Assembly (NCBI GenBank): GCA_029717555.1
Contig: JAMDHS010000041.1
Location: forward strand, 62,001-126,000
Direction: 5' to 3'
Length of the DNA stretch: 64,000 nucleotides
From: Peribolospora baueri
Lineage: Eukaryota
Shown here: positions 17,501-29,930 of the stretch, piece by piece
How the letters are laid out: every line of letters begins with the position of its first letter
How positions within the stretch are numbered: the stretch's first letter is position 1
Made by a program: the position numbers and the translations under genes
Notes under the pieces: model-generated
Databases searched by the model: none
What the model was told of the DNA's origin: nothing
What the model saw: only the letters and a program-made list of their open reading frames with translations

Positions 17501-18899
17501 GCGAAGAGAGATGGTGGGGTGAAATTGGTTTGAAGAGTGAAATAACGATCGGACGAGGCTTGGGCACCTTGGACGAGCGTGACATCTGAAAACCAGACAG
17601 TTGACAACAAGCGCATATGAGTACACGAGACAGACAGAATCACCTATGCATGCCACACTGTTTGTACACACTCTCAAGGAGGCTCGCCCATGCGGCTTGC
17701 CTAAAGAACGGATCTGAAGGAGGACAGGGACAACGATCGAACGATGGCTTGAGCACCAGGTCTAGCGTAGAATTGGAAACGACCGCAGAGAAGGACGGAC
17801 GGACTCACATACGAATTCGGGCCACGAGACGCTGACAGAAGCGATGAGGAGCACCCATTGGGTATGGAAGATCACATCCCACGCACCGGGGGTGGCGAAC
17901 CTGAGCAGGCCCGGACTGGCAACGAGCTGCTCGCCGCTAATGGCTCCGAGCACCGTGGGTCCAATGGTGTCCCTCCACAGCGTCGGTCCGCTGCCCTCCC
18001 TCGCGCGGTTGCGGAAGGCGCGCGACCGAGAGGTGAGAGAGGTGATGGCGCGGCTCGAGAGGGCTAGGAAGAGGTAGCTCGCAGCGAGAGCTATCGGAAG
18101 GTAAAGGAAGAGATCGAAGTACCATTTGTCCGGGTAGTAGGGTGTCACGCCAAGGTTGTAGCATGCCAAGTAATTGGGAGGGTGGTTGGTATCCGTGACA
18201 CGCACTTGAGTCCACACCGTGCCAAGGGCGTAGCTGGACTGGAGCGGGATGACGGCACCGAACGCGACGTCTCCCGGGCCGTAGGGACATCCCGAGCCGG
18301 TGGAGTTTGTGATGGCCGTCGGATTGTCAGTGCCGCCCGGTATCGTCGACGTGGTGGGGTTTCGCACCGCTTGACAAAATTTGGAGTTGTTGGAAAAGAG
18401 GGAGAAGGAGAGGAGACTGCTGTCGAGTTGGAGTGTGACTGCGACCGTGGCGACGAGAGAGGTAACATGGTGAGCGACAGGGCAACGAACCGTATGCCGC
18501 CCTCTTGCGCGGAGCGGGCATCCGCAACAGGCACTCACCCAGGTAGTTGGTCCCGTCTGTGTTGTTGCTCTCTCCAGTCTGCTGGCTGCCCGTCACACCC
18601 ACACTCACGAGTCGCAACCCGTAAGGCGGTCCACTGGGCCCGCCGCCTCCCTGGTCGGGATCCAGAGTGCCATAGTAGGGGTCGAGCTGTGCGTAGACGG
18701 CAGAGATGTTGAAGAGCTCGTCCGAAGCGCCTGGGGGTGCTACGGAGGGTGGGCAGTTGTGAAAGGAGGAATAGTACTCCGAGGAGGGGCCAGAAGAGGG
18801 AAGGAAGGTGAGCGCGGCCTGGGCGTTCACCGAGGCGGCGAGGCGGGAAAGGAGAAGAAGAAGAGGGAAGGAGGAGGCAAAGGGCGATAGTGGGAGCAT
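14511..18899 (-). CDS. TRP-like ion channel / flavin-carrier (FLC/PKD2 family) membrane protein
   Basis: Signal peptide (MLPLSPFASSFPLLLLLSRLAASVNA) and a luminal ML-like domain (CPYGPGDVAFG..., LACYNLGVTPYY). TM region with PGLLRFATPGAWDVIFHTQW, WPEFVYPFFRQAAWASLL and FGPLYNTY. Long disordered cytosolic tail (ORF 14511..16208). Several introns. Confidence 0.88.
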
Positions 18900-19919
18900 T
18901 TGCGAGGGCGAGACGAGATGTCGCCGTGTGCGCGTACGCAGACGACGCTGCTTGCTCTTGCTCTTGCTCTTCGGCTGCTCGCGAGTATGGCCGAGGTACG
19001 ATGGAATGGAGGGAATGGGGTCGGACTATGGGCCCCTCTGCGCACACGACCGACGTCCGTCCAAATAGGTCGCTTCTCTCTTCCTGGCACCCTTGCTTAG
19101 CCCCCACCGCCAGCCGAGGACACTCCGAGCTGTTGGGCGGCCCAATCCGAGACGTGAGCCAGGCGGGTGTCGTGAGGCGCCGTCGAGGTTGGATGGAGAG
19201 CGTGGTGAGGAGGACGACAGAGGGAGCGAAAGTCGATCCGTCCGTTGGAAGAAGACGGAGAAGAGCGACGCGGCGGGATGATGGGCGAGGGAGATCGGAG
19301 GGAGGCGAGACGCCGCCGTTGACGTCGCCGGACAGACGGACGTAAAGACGTGCCGTGTCTTCGATGGAGGAGAGATGTGAGCGGCGACGATGATGATGAT
19401 CCCGGACGAGATGGAAGAGAAGGAGGGGAGGATCGAGAGGAGCGAGGCGGAGGGATGAGCCAAGCCAAGCCACCAGCGAGCGTCGACCAGCAAAGCGAGC
19501 GCCAGCCAGCCATCGCCGGGGTTGAGTTGAGATGGAACCATATTTTCGGACCTGATCGTTTGTTAATCCTCCCGCCGCCCTTAATCATTCCACCGCCGTC
19601 CAACTACAAATCGGCAAAGTGGGAGGGAAAGAGACGTAATAAATTGCTCGAGGCAGTGCGACGTCCGCCGGCTCCTTCCTTTCCCTCCCTCCATGTCGAA
19701 CGAACCACACCGCGCCAGGTTTCTTCATCGTCGCCTTCGATTCGATTCTGCTTCTCATAGCTACTCCTACTTGGCCGAGGTAGCCGTCCAGCTGCTCCAG
19801 TGCTTCCGCCCCATCCACACCTCCGCGTCCCCCCGTTTCCTACCTGCGACTGACACGCCCGACGCAATGCGAGTGGACATAGCCATAGCCAGCCAGACAG
19901 ACACACGTCACACCGCGCT

Positions 19920-21987
19920 TCATTCCCAAACCTCCTTCTGTCCCCACAGGCTCTGCACGACATCCAAATCGTGTCCCGGTACGACCCGGGCGCCGGTGCG
20001 TTTCTGCAGCCGCCGCACACGCTCGTTCGAGGTGAACCACCTGTCCGGAACGAGAGAAACGGGAGAGAAGGGACGGGCCAGTCACATGAGCAGGGCGAGC
20101 TAACGAGGAAGGGATAGTGTAGGAAGCGTGACGTGGAGCTCACGCTTGGTGGTCTCTCGCTAGCCAGCCTTGAGGGATGCCGGGATCGATGTTTTCCTGG
20201 CGCGCGAAAAGGACAGATGGCGAGGATGGGGAACCGAAGCGAAAGTGTCAGCTCGACGACGCCCTTGCTCTCCTTGTCCTCCTTTCTTCCTTCCATCCAC
20301 TGCACTTATCCGACGCGCCCAGCCGCTGATCGCCGCACCTTGACGTGCAAATGGTCGCTGGTGAACAGGAACGTGCCGTCGGTCGGCAAATTGATCTGCA
20401 TCCCCACGAGACCGGCGGTGTGTCCAGGGAGGTGGTGGAGGCGAACGCCTTGGGCAAAGTCTACCTCGCGCTCCGTGAACGTCTTCCAGTTGAGTCGGGT
20501 CAGGGAAAGGTAGTGGGGCAGGTAAACGCCTTTATCTGCGCCCCTGTCCGATGGCGTGACGTTCCAGATTCAGCGAGTGGACAAGGCAGGGCCCGCCGAG
20601 CGCTCACACTCACGTCGCGACTGTAATCCGAGCAGACCGTCAAAAGAGTCTCTTTCATCAGCCTCTGGACGGAGGAAAGAGCTGACGGAGCGAGTCGATC
20701 ACTTGCCTGCCCATAAGGCCGACTTCAGCTCCTCGTCTGTCCTTCGCCAGCGGCGAGGGAGTGGCCGCCAAAAGATACGTCATCAAAGGAAACCAACATG
20801 GGCGCCGGTCGTTGCGAGGAGAAGAAACGCAGAAGGGCGCCGTAGGTGGCGCATATTTTCTCACCGTGCACCCATATGGGTACGTCCGTCCCCATAAACT
20901 GTTCCAGACCGCCAGCTAGGCGAGACGCTTCGCTATCAGCTTCGCTATCAGCTCGATACGGAGGTCGCCGGACGGGCGAGCAAGACAGCCACCCACCATG
21001 GTCAAGGTGCAGATGACCCAAGACGACGTGCTTCACGTCACAAATATCATAGCCGGCTTTGCGGATGGCCGCATTTAGCTCGTGCTCGGGGCGGTAGTCG
21101 ACCCTCTGCAATGGGAGACATGGGCGACCAACATCGACACACAAGTTCAGCCGCCGTTCCATTCCGTCGGGAAGAGAAGTGACAGGACGTAGGTAGACGA
21201 GGACTGAAACTCGCCGCAAAGATATCAGCGATCTCCGGGCCCCATACCTTGGAGTCGTCAGCGAGTCGGAGCGGTGGAGGTCATAAGGGGATGATGAGCT
21301 AAAGACAACAAGCGTTTTCTGCATCTCCGCAAACAAGACGGCTCACAGAGGGATAGTCCTTCCCCCCGCCGGTCTCCCAGAGGATCAAGCCCTCCTGCGG
21401 GTGGTCACTGCGTGCGGAAGCCGTCAGAAGATGTGAACACAGCCGCACTGACGCTCTCGAGCGGATATCCGGTCTAAAATCGCACAGCTCACATGAGCAC
21501 TCCGTATATACTCAGCTTACGGCGCTTGTGTGGTGGGTGTGGATCGCTGGCTGTGGAGCTGTTGGCGCCTCGGACTTGTACGAATGCAAAGCGATACGAA
21601 CGCAGCGAGCTATGAGTCTCACAGGTCATGGGCGCAGGCATTCGAACTCCTGTGTCCCGTCAGCGAAGAGGCATGTCACGAAGAGAGAGAGCGCGCACTA
21701 AACCAGCCCTCATCGGCTTCTAACCTCCCCAAATCCAACACCCTCATCTTCGTCCCGGAAGGACAGACGTCCAAAGCGGCGTGAAGCGCGTCGGTGGCCT
21801 CCTCGGCCGCTTTGCGCGCCAGCTCTTTTTGCCCGCGGCCTTCTTCACCCTTGGGCGGTCCCTGTGGTTGATCGGAGGTTGATGGGGGAGGTTGGTCGGA
21901 GAGGAAGAGGGCCCGCGATTCGAGGCGCGAGGCGAGATCGGAGAGGGCAGTGATCATGGACGTCGTCGTACTGGAGGTGACCGACAT
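19920..21987 (-). CDS. Metallo-beta-lactamase-fold hydrolase, N-acyl-homoserine lactonase (AttM/AiiA) / fungal gamma-lactamase type, ~346 aa
   Basis: 11 exons reconstruct in frame: 21987-21699, 21574-21493, 21407-21347, 21247-21215, 21105-20997, 20915-20865, 20736-20707, 20620-20614, 20543-20339, 20196-20144, 20040-19920. Motifs: LDLGRLEAD, DHPQEGLILWETG, GHLHLDHAGG (HxHxDH), PGHTAG, LFTSDHLH, PGHD. An in-frame upstream ATG at 22194 is possible. Confidence 0.9.
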
Positions 21988-22844
21988 ATCCTCCTCGTGC
22001 TCGCGGTCGTCAACTGGACTGTCTACGTTCGCGCTTTGGCCTTTCTCTTCTTCGAGGTGATGAGAAAGCAGGCGAGGGCTTTGTGCAAGAACGAGGGAGA
22101 TGAGAAGAGGTAGGTACTGCTGCTGCTGTTCGAGGGCCGAGGAGGCTTTGGAGGAGGAAGATAGACCAAAGTGAACGTGCACGCGGACGGGCATGCGAAA
22201 AGGAGAGGAGGGTTCAAGAACGTCGATGGTGAGCGGAGAGCCGAGTCGAGGGCTTGCGGTGTTCGCTAGAGCTTTTTACTCATCAAAGCTGTCCTTCCTC
22301 ACCGAGCACGAGAGAGGACGCAACACATTGTGTCGCTGACTGATACCTCCCAAGATGTTAATTCTGTAGAACGTGATACACCAGCAACGTGGAAAAGAAG
22401 CGGTTTATGTAGGTACGGGTCTGCGATGGCCCCGATTCGTCAAGGTCGGTCTTCTTTAATTCTTCACCGTCAACCATGCAATTAACCCCTACTTGCCATG
22501 GTCTTACCCCCGTCATGCTTTCAACCACTTGCCCGAAACGTGCACCCGCTTTGCACGTGTTTGTTTGTAGACGTGCGCTTCGGAGATTTAGTGGCGAAGG
22601 AAGCGGGAGACGACCCATCCGCCTTTTTAACTCGTCGCGTTTCTCGAATTAGGATGGCGTTTCTGATGCTGTGATCCTCCTTGTTCCTTCAACGATTGGT
22701 CTACATGAAAAGCAGGACTATGAGCTCTGCGCGGGACAGCCGGTCGGGAAGAGAAACCAACCCAAGCCCGCTCCACTCTCGACGTCGTTCCCCACTCCTC
22801 GGAGAAACCGCCAGGTCGAGAGCTTTCAAGCCAGCCTGGGCGGA

Positions 22845-23728
22845 TCAAACCAGGCGACGGAAGATTCGGGGCGCGGCGCAGTTGTCGGCGCAGTGCATCA
22901 GGTGGACTATAATAACGGAGTCGCGTATGATGCGGAGGAAAAGTCAGCAACTTGCGCAGGATGTCTCGATGATGGTACCAGGCATTCAGTGTCGACTTAC
23001 AGCTGTGGCATGCGATTCAGAATCGTGAGCGAAAAGAGCATCCGAGGCGCGGTCAGCGGTCAATGCGCATTGAGAAAGCGAGCTTGCTTTAGAGAAATCG
23101 AGATCTATTCATCGATCGGATAGGTGTGCAGCTTCTGATAAAAACTCACAGCTCTTCGACGCAATCCTCTCCCTTGTAGCCTTGACCAGTCTCTACGCGC
23201 TTTTGGCACTCCTCGAAGTGGTGCTTGGCAGGAGCGCAAGGCTTGGAGTTCTCGCACTCTGTCGAGCGCAAGCAGCCGAGAGGAGGGTTGAGCGAAGAAA
23301 GTAAATCGATGGGAGACAGATGAGCGAGACAAGTTGATGATGCCAGTCAGATACTGCCTTCAGCTCTCGTCACAGCTCTCATGACCGATGAGAGCCGTAG
23401 CAACCAACGGACAAAGGAAGGCAGCAGGATAAGCTTCGCATCCACTCACCCTCGTGAATTGCCGGAGCAGGCTGACAGTGCGGGAAGAGAGAAAGGAGGG
23501 GATGATGATCAATGGCCATCCCACACCGATCGGAACGAGGCAAACCGCGAGCAGGCTCACGTCTTCAGGCTCCTCCTCCTCTTCCTCCTCCTCGTCTCCG
23601 GCCTCCTCGTCATCCTTGCCTTCGTCAGCGTGGGCGACGGGGAGCAAGCTCGAGAAAAAGCTAGACACGGATGAGAAGAGGGACTCGGACGCAGAGGCGT
23701 CGGCGGCGGTGGTGACGGAGGTCGACAT
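22845..23728 (-). CDS. QCR6: Cytochrome b-c1 complex subunit 6 (hinge protein)
   Basis: Acidic N-region, then PEDPAPAIHEECENSKPCAPAKHHFEECQKRVETGQGYKGEDCVEELFHLMHCADNCAAPRIFRRLV*. Four exons, including a 22-nt exon at 23450-23471. Confidence 0.95.
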
Positions 23729-23880
23729 GGTGCCTTGCGGTGTAGGGAAGCGCTGTCCGGAAGGGACGAGAGACGAGAGGGCTGGGAACGATGAGCAGGA
23801 GGAGATAGATGTCCAGCCGCCGCGAGCCGGATCGGTCGGAGAAGCCGCGAAGAAGCGGGCGAGAGCGGGCGAGAGCGTCG

Positions 23881-23892
23881 CCAACCCTAACC
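23881..23892. promoter_or_regulatory. Telobox / Tbf1-type site CCAACCCTAACC in the QCR6-COG2 divergent promoter
   Basis: Telomere-repeat-like motif, centred in the 307-bp gap between two head-to-head start codons. Confidence 0.4.
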
Positions 23893-24035
23893 TCGCTCCC
23901 GACCAATCGATTCTTCTCACGCGCCGCTCGATCACATGACCAGCGACAGTGCGTCGCGATGACCCAAGTCCGAAGTTCGGGCCGCTTCTAGAGGTCGGGC
24001 CCACGAAGCGTCAGATAGATGGTCTCCCCCTCACC

Positions 24036-27000
24036 ATGTCCGTCCATGGGACTCCAGCCAAGGATCCCGCTAGAAGCGTCGATGACCTCCCCACCGAGCC
24101 CCTCGAGCTTCCCTTTGCTCCCGCACTCTCGCACTCTCACCCCCTCCTCGACCCCTCCCGATCTCCCATCTTCTCCGCCGATGACTTTCTCCTTTCCTTC
24201 CGACCCGCCAATGATCTCGGCACGATCAACACGGACTTGAAGAACTACTTGGCTTCACTCAAGGAGGAGCTCGTCCAGCTCATCAACGAGGACTATGTGG
24301 ACTTTATTGCTCTTGGCACGGGGCTCAAAGGAGAAGGGGAGCGCATAGAGCGGCTCCAGAAGGCGCTCAAGGCCGGTCAGACAGAAGCGAGCTTGACGGT
24401 GGGACGCTTCGCTCCGCGGTAGTTATCATTTTGGGTCGGCCAGTGCTGACCTGTGCGGTTTTGCTGGTACAGGAAGCACAACGGGCGCTTCGGACCGTGG
24501 AAAGCCAGGTGGAGAGAATTTTAGACGAGCGAGGCGTCGCTCGAGCTCAAAAGGTGGGCCACCTGGATGCACTTGTAGAAGCGGATGCATGCTTGCGCGC
24601 CGTGTCTAACCGTCGTGCCTCTACTCTTTATTGACAGACTAAGATGGACCTCTTGCTTCAACTGAACGACTCCGTAGCTCGCTGCGAGGCCCTCCTTCTC
24701 ATCCCGACTGCGTCGGAGGAGGAGGCAATTTCCGAGTCGGAGGAGGAGGACGTCGTCAGACGGCCACGGAAGAGCTCAGGTTTTGGGCTGGAGGGTGGTG
24801 ACACTCGTCGGTGAGCGCCAGGAATGTCGTATTTACTCTTGCTGCGTCGGCTGACTATATCTGTGCTCCTTTCCTCCATGCAGGCGGCTTTCTCACCGCC
24901 ATCCCAAAACCGGCTTACCACTTCCTCTTCCCCAACGCATCCAACGCGTCTCCGCCGAGCACTCACAGCTCACTTTCCTTGTCAAAAAGGCTCAAAGTGA
25001 TGGCCTCGGTGCCTTCGTGGGCGGGCTGCGAGGGAGGATCGACGAGATCGTCAACACGCTGCAGAGGGATTTGACCATTTTGCTTTCCGAGCTGCTTCGC
25101 GATGACGAGCAGGCGCTAGACCGGTTGAGCCCAATGCCCGCGGAAAGCGGCGGCAGTGGAACGCCGGAGGACAAGGAGAGGGCACGGTTCGAGTGGCTCA
25201 AAGAGTGCTTCTCGGTGTATTGTGCGATCGGAAAGCACAAGGAAGCCGAAGAGGTCGTCAAGAGAGAGATCGTCCAAGATTGGGTGCGGAAGGTGAGGTG
25301 AGCGGCTGCCTTCTCCATCGTCATTTGGTCCGGCGTCTTACATTTCTCTCCCTCCATTGCAGACCATTCACGCTGGTTCCCTCGCCGCGCCTCAGTCTCC
25401 ATTTGCATCGTCTGCCGTCAACCCGTCGGAATCCCCTTCACCGCCGCATGGGTCCTCCTCTAATCGTCGGCTAAAACCTCCCCCTCAGGTTGCAGAGGAT
25501 GGGGACGATCCTTTAGCAAGGCTTTATAACGAGATTCTCCTCTTCGTTTCAAGTCGATGCTCGACCGTCTGCGCTGCCGCTGACGAGATTGCGCAGTCGT
25601 CTCGATCGGGCCCGGAGCGGCGGGGGGAAACCGGAGACGGGTCGACGCAGGACGAAGGAGGTGAAGATGTGCTGGACGTGTTCACAAATGTCGTCTGGGC
25701 TCCCATCGCGGAGCGGTTGATGAACGAGCTAGGGCAGGTCATCTTTGTTGTCGGCAGGACCGAGGTGTTTCACAAGGTGCGCTGGGGCGCGACATGGGTT
25801 GTCCTCACTGCGGACCTTCAGCCACGACTAACATTTTTTGTCATTTGTCTATTTTTGCATCGTCCGACACCGTAGAACTACCTCCTAACGTCCTCCTTTC
25901 TCCGCCAATTCTGCTCCCTATGCCCCTCCCGAGCCTCGCTTGCCCGCTTCCAATCCCATCCGACATACCAAAACATGCTCAGGCGATTCCAATTACCCGT
26001 CTACTTTCAGATGCGTCTCCGCGAGATCGTCGGCGGGCTGGAGGAGCACTTGTGGACAGGTCGGGTGCAGGTGCAGGTCGCTGCTAGAGACCTTGGTTTT
26101 GGGTCGAGAGGCGGCGTGAACGTCGTCAGGGATGAGGGCGGGACTGGGCGGCAGGACGAAGCGCCGCGCTTCGAGGCTACGCGAGCCGTCGTGACTGCTT
26201 TACGGCGCTGCTGGGACGAAGGCGTCTGGCTCGAACCGATCGGTCACCGGTTCTGGAGGTTGACGCTACAGGTGAGCAGTCGGATTTCGATTGCGTTCTT
26301 CGCATGTTGGTTGGCTGGCCTTGGTGTGGTCTGGTGCGTTGGTCGGCTCTCTGACGAGGACTTTTCGGCTTTGCAGATTATCAGTCGCTATAAGACGTGG
26401 CTAGACGTAGCCCTTCCGGATTACCCACGAGGTCCTCCGCCGTCATCGTCACACCCCGGCTCGCGAACCGGTTCGAACACCGGAAGCGGCTACCCGTCCC
26501 GTCCTTCCACTCCTCAACTCGGTGGTGCTGCTGCCGGCGGTTCCGACGGAGAAGGCGGAGACGAGTCATTGCTGAGCCAGCTCGGCCTCGTCGCTGCCGA
26601 GGTGATATGGCTCGACAGGGAAGTCGCGCGCATATGGAAGGGCAACATGGAACCGAAACTCGTGGGCACATCGGGGGGTCACCGGACGGAAAGCGTCGTT
26701 GATGATGAGACGGTCGCACTTCAGAGTGAGCCGGCCTTGCCAATGGTATCCCGTGCGGTCGCCGACAGCTTTTGACCATCCTCCCCTTCTGCATCGATTC
26801 CACACCTGTGTTTAGATATACTACGCACTGCCGTCTCCCCCCTGCTGTCCTCCCTTCTTCCCTCCCTCTCCTTCCACATCCAACAGCTTCTCATTACCCG
26901 CTGCGCCGAGAACCTCCGCCCCGTCCGCTCTGTCCTCTCTCAACTGCGAGGCAGCGGCAGCAGCGGCGGCGTTCGCGGGCACAAGGATCAGCTCAAAGGG

Positions 27001-27596
27001 GGCCGACCTCAGCCGAGCTATTTTGTGCCCACGCTCCTCGGTCCTCTCAAGACTTACTTCTCCGACGCCGCGGGGGCGGGAAAGGCCGTCGAGGCGGCCA
27101 TGGCTCGGAACGACGGCAACGCCGTTTCGGGATGGGAGGACGGGGGCGAGGTCAATCCGGGTGAGATGGTGTCGGTCGAGCGATGGAAGGAGACGGTGTT
27201 TGATGAGGTGGCATCCAGGTGAGACGAACGGCGATGAGATGGTGTGGTGAGATGGTTACGGGTGGAGACTGACACTGCGATGCTTCACTCGGCGTCGGGC
27301 TGCCTCTCGCATCTCATAGATACGCCTCCGTCCTTTCTGGCATGAACAAGACGTACGCTTCACTGTCGCGCCTCAAGAAAGGCACGCATGGGCTCTCTTT
27401 CCTCTCTTCCTCCGGCAGCAGCGGAGGCGGAGGCGGAGGAGGGGACGAAGAGGAGCGAGTGCGAGTACAGATGGAAGTGGACGTGCGCGCTTTCGGGGAG
27501 GAGGCCAAGGCGCTCGGCGTAGACGTGGATCGCTGCGTCGGGTGGAGGCAGCTTTTGAAGGCCGCGCTGGCCGCGAGCAGCGAGGGGGACGCGTAG
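24036..27596 (+). CDS. COG2: Conserved oligomeric Golgi complex subunit 2
   Basis: N-terminal FSADDFLL...LKEELVQLINEDYVDFIALGTGL; mid-region VFHKNY and FQLPVYFQMR, FWRLTLQIISRYKTW; C-terminal SLSRLKK...DEEERVRVQMEVDV. Multiple GT-AG introns. Confidence 0.9.
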
Positions 27597-29930
27597 CGGG
27601 GGTGTGGCCTCGTAGAGCGCTCGAGCACGAGCACACGAGCGTAGTAGAGACGGCACAGCGGCCCTGTTCATAACCGTGCTCGAACGGTTATCGTCAGGTT
27701 CTCACCTCTCGCTTAGTTTCGTCGTTCTGGAGTGCGTTTGAATATATACCCCACATCGACACATAATTACTTGGACGGGCAGGCGCCGGACGTGTGGCAT
27801 CGTCTAGGCACCAAGGGCATCCTTAGTCATTCGATTTTCGTCATGTCCATCCCACTCGCGTACATCGCGAGGCCGTGTAGGCCGAGATCAACAAGAAGGA
27901 CTGCATATGAGTCGATGAATCAACCGAGTCTCTTGAGCCCTACTAACTTACTACCGGAGTGCTGTGACCTCCGGCCCGCAGTCAGTTAATTGCCGAGGTG
28001 CGTGCGTGTATGGCAGTACACGGCTTTCATCGAATGAAAGGAGGTCGTATGCAAACGATTCGTCGTCCCAGTCCGCATACAGTCGCAGCCGCCATATGCT
28101 GACGAGTTTCGAGTCGACGTCGGGATCGCATGCTCCGCCTGTCTCGGGCGATCGAGTTACCCAGCCGCGGCGATCCTACCTCGCTCGCAGTCGACGGACG
28201 GTCCCTTCCGGCCCGCCCAGCCTAGTCCGTGCTTAGAACGAATGGACCATCTACGAATGCGGCTTCACGTCCCGTCTCGTCTCTCCTCTCCTTGATGGCA
28301 GGACGACGCCTGGTGGCCGTCCGACTCGAGGTTGAGTATGAAGGACTCGATCGAAAGCCCTGTCGGCTCGCCATTCAGGCCAAAAATGAAAGCGCCAACT
28401 TGGGAGAAAGGGCCAAGTGTGTATGCGCTTGCCTCACACTTCTCCCCGTGACTCGGAGCTGTCAAAGACAAGACATGAATGGCAGCAGAATGAAGAAATT
28501 ATGAAAATTGACGGACCCTTTGAGATGGTTTCGTTGCCGCCGCGCGGAGGTCAGCCCGAGCACGCCCTTTCTTCCCCCGCAGCCGCAGTCGCAGCCGCAG
28601 CAGCCGTCCCACTGGCTCCGCTCGCTCGCCTTGACAACGGCCGTGCGGACCATTTCACATCGGCCGGCCGGGATTCATGTGTCGTTCAAGCTGGACGTCG
28701 TTGGCCAAGATTTATACTATCTTGTGCTTCAAGCGCATACGCACGGGGGAGGACAAGGTACCATGGAGGCGAATGAGCGAGCGCAGAGCGGCGCTGCGTC
28801 GACAAGGCGCTTGCTTGTATCTCCGTAGAGTCTGGCTGACGCCATCGCCCGTCCACGCAGCTTCTACGCTGCTGCGTCATTGTCTCGACCGGTCATCGGT
28901 GGCTGGGCCGCTCTCTGTTTGGGCGTCTTGGTCTGCGCTGGCTGTCGGGATGGACACACATGGTTTTCAGAAGGAGAATGGGAGGAAGCGAGGGAGAGCG
29001 GTCGAACAGGGGAGCCCGATTGGGAAACGAGGGAGCGTGACGACGACCGGGAAAACAAAACGCGACGGCAGCTCCTCTCCATCCATCCTTTGACGCGCAC
29101 TCACTCAGCCCTGTCACCCTCGGATGTACAGCAGAGGCAACTCAACTGGTTGGCAGGTAGTAACGTTATTGTCGTCGTCCTGACTTTGTTTGCTTCGTTC
29201 GCCCTGCATCGCCTCCGTCGTCCAGTCATGTCAGGTCCCTTGTCCCGCCCAGCCCCTTTATAGACCCCGGTCGACCACCTTGTCCCAGCCCTCATTGCCT
29301 CTTCTCTCCCATCCCATACCCCGGACAGCTTGACGCTTCACCTCCCGTCCCCTTCTTCTCCCCTTTCGTTTCTTCGACGTCAGAAAAGAAGAGGTCTAGC
29401 TGGCTGGTCGTGAGTACCGTCGCGTCGCTGTCCGTCCTATTCTCCGCACTCCTTCATTCATGCGCAGTTCGCCGTGTTTGCTTCTGCGCACGGACCTGGG
29501 CGACATATGCGCGGCAGCACCAAAGTCAACCAGACCGCTCCGAGCTGACAGTTCCTCTTTGCTACTCCCTTCTTACCACTTCCCTCCCCTCGTCCTCGGC
29601 AGCTCCTGATATCCATAAAACAAAGACGTCTTCTTCTCTGCTTCATTCCCCTTCCAGTGCCACTGCATCTAACCCCCTCCAGCAGGACTGACCCCCGCTT
29701 CTCCCTACCTGCCCGTCGCCGTCTGTCCGGAACGACTCGACGCTCCTTTTGTTCGCTCACTCGCTTGCTCGGCACCAACTTGTCTGGTCCTAGCTTGACG
29801 CTACACATATAGAGGGACAGGCTTCCCATCACTTTCTTGCTTTCTTGACCCCGACGTTCATTCACATCCCTTTGAATCGCCACTCGCAAGCCCTCCCTCG
29901 CTTCTTTCCACCCCCTTCTCCATACTGACA

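Noticed and set aside
23881..23892. Possible telomerase RNA template (CAACCCTAA)
   Set aside because: Lies in a 307-bp divergent promoter with no room or structural evidence for a telomerase RNA; better explained as a telobox.
27600..29400. Several 60-140-aa ORFs in the COG2-protease intergenic region
   Set aside because: Mostly non-ATG starts, overlapping frames, no motifs or splice-supported model.
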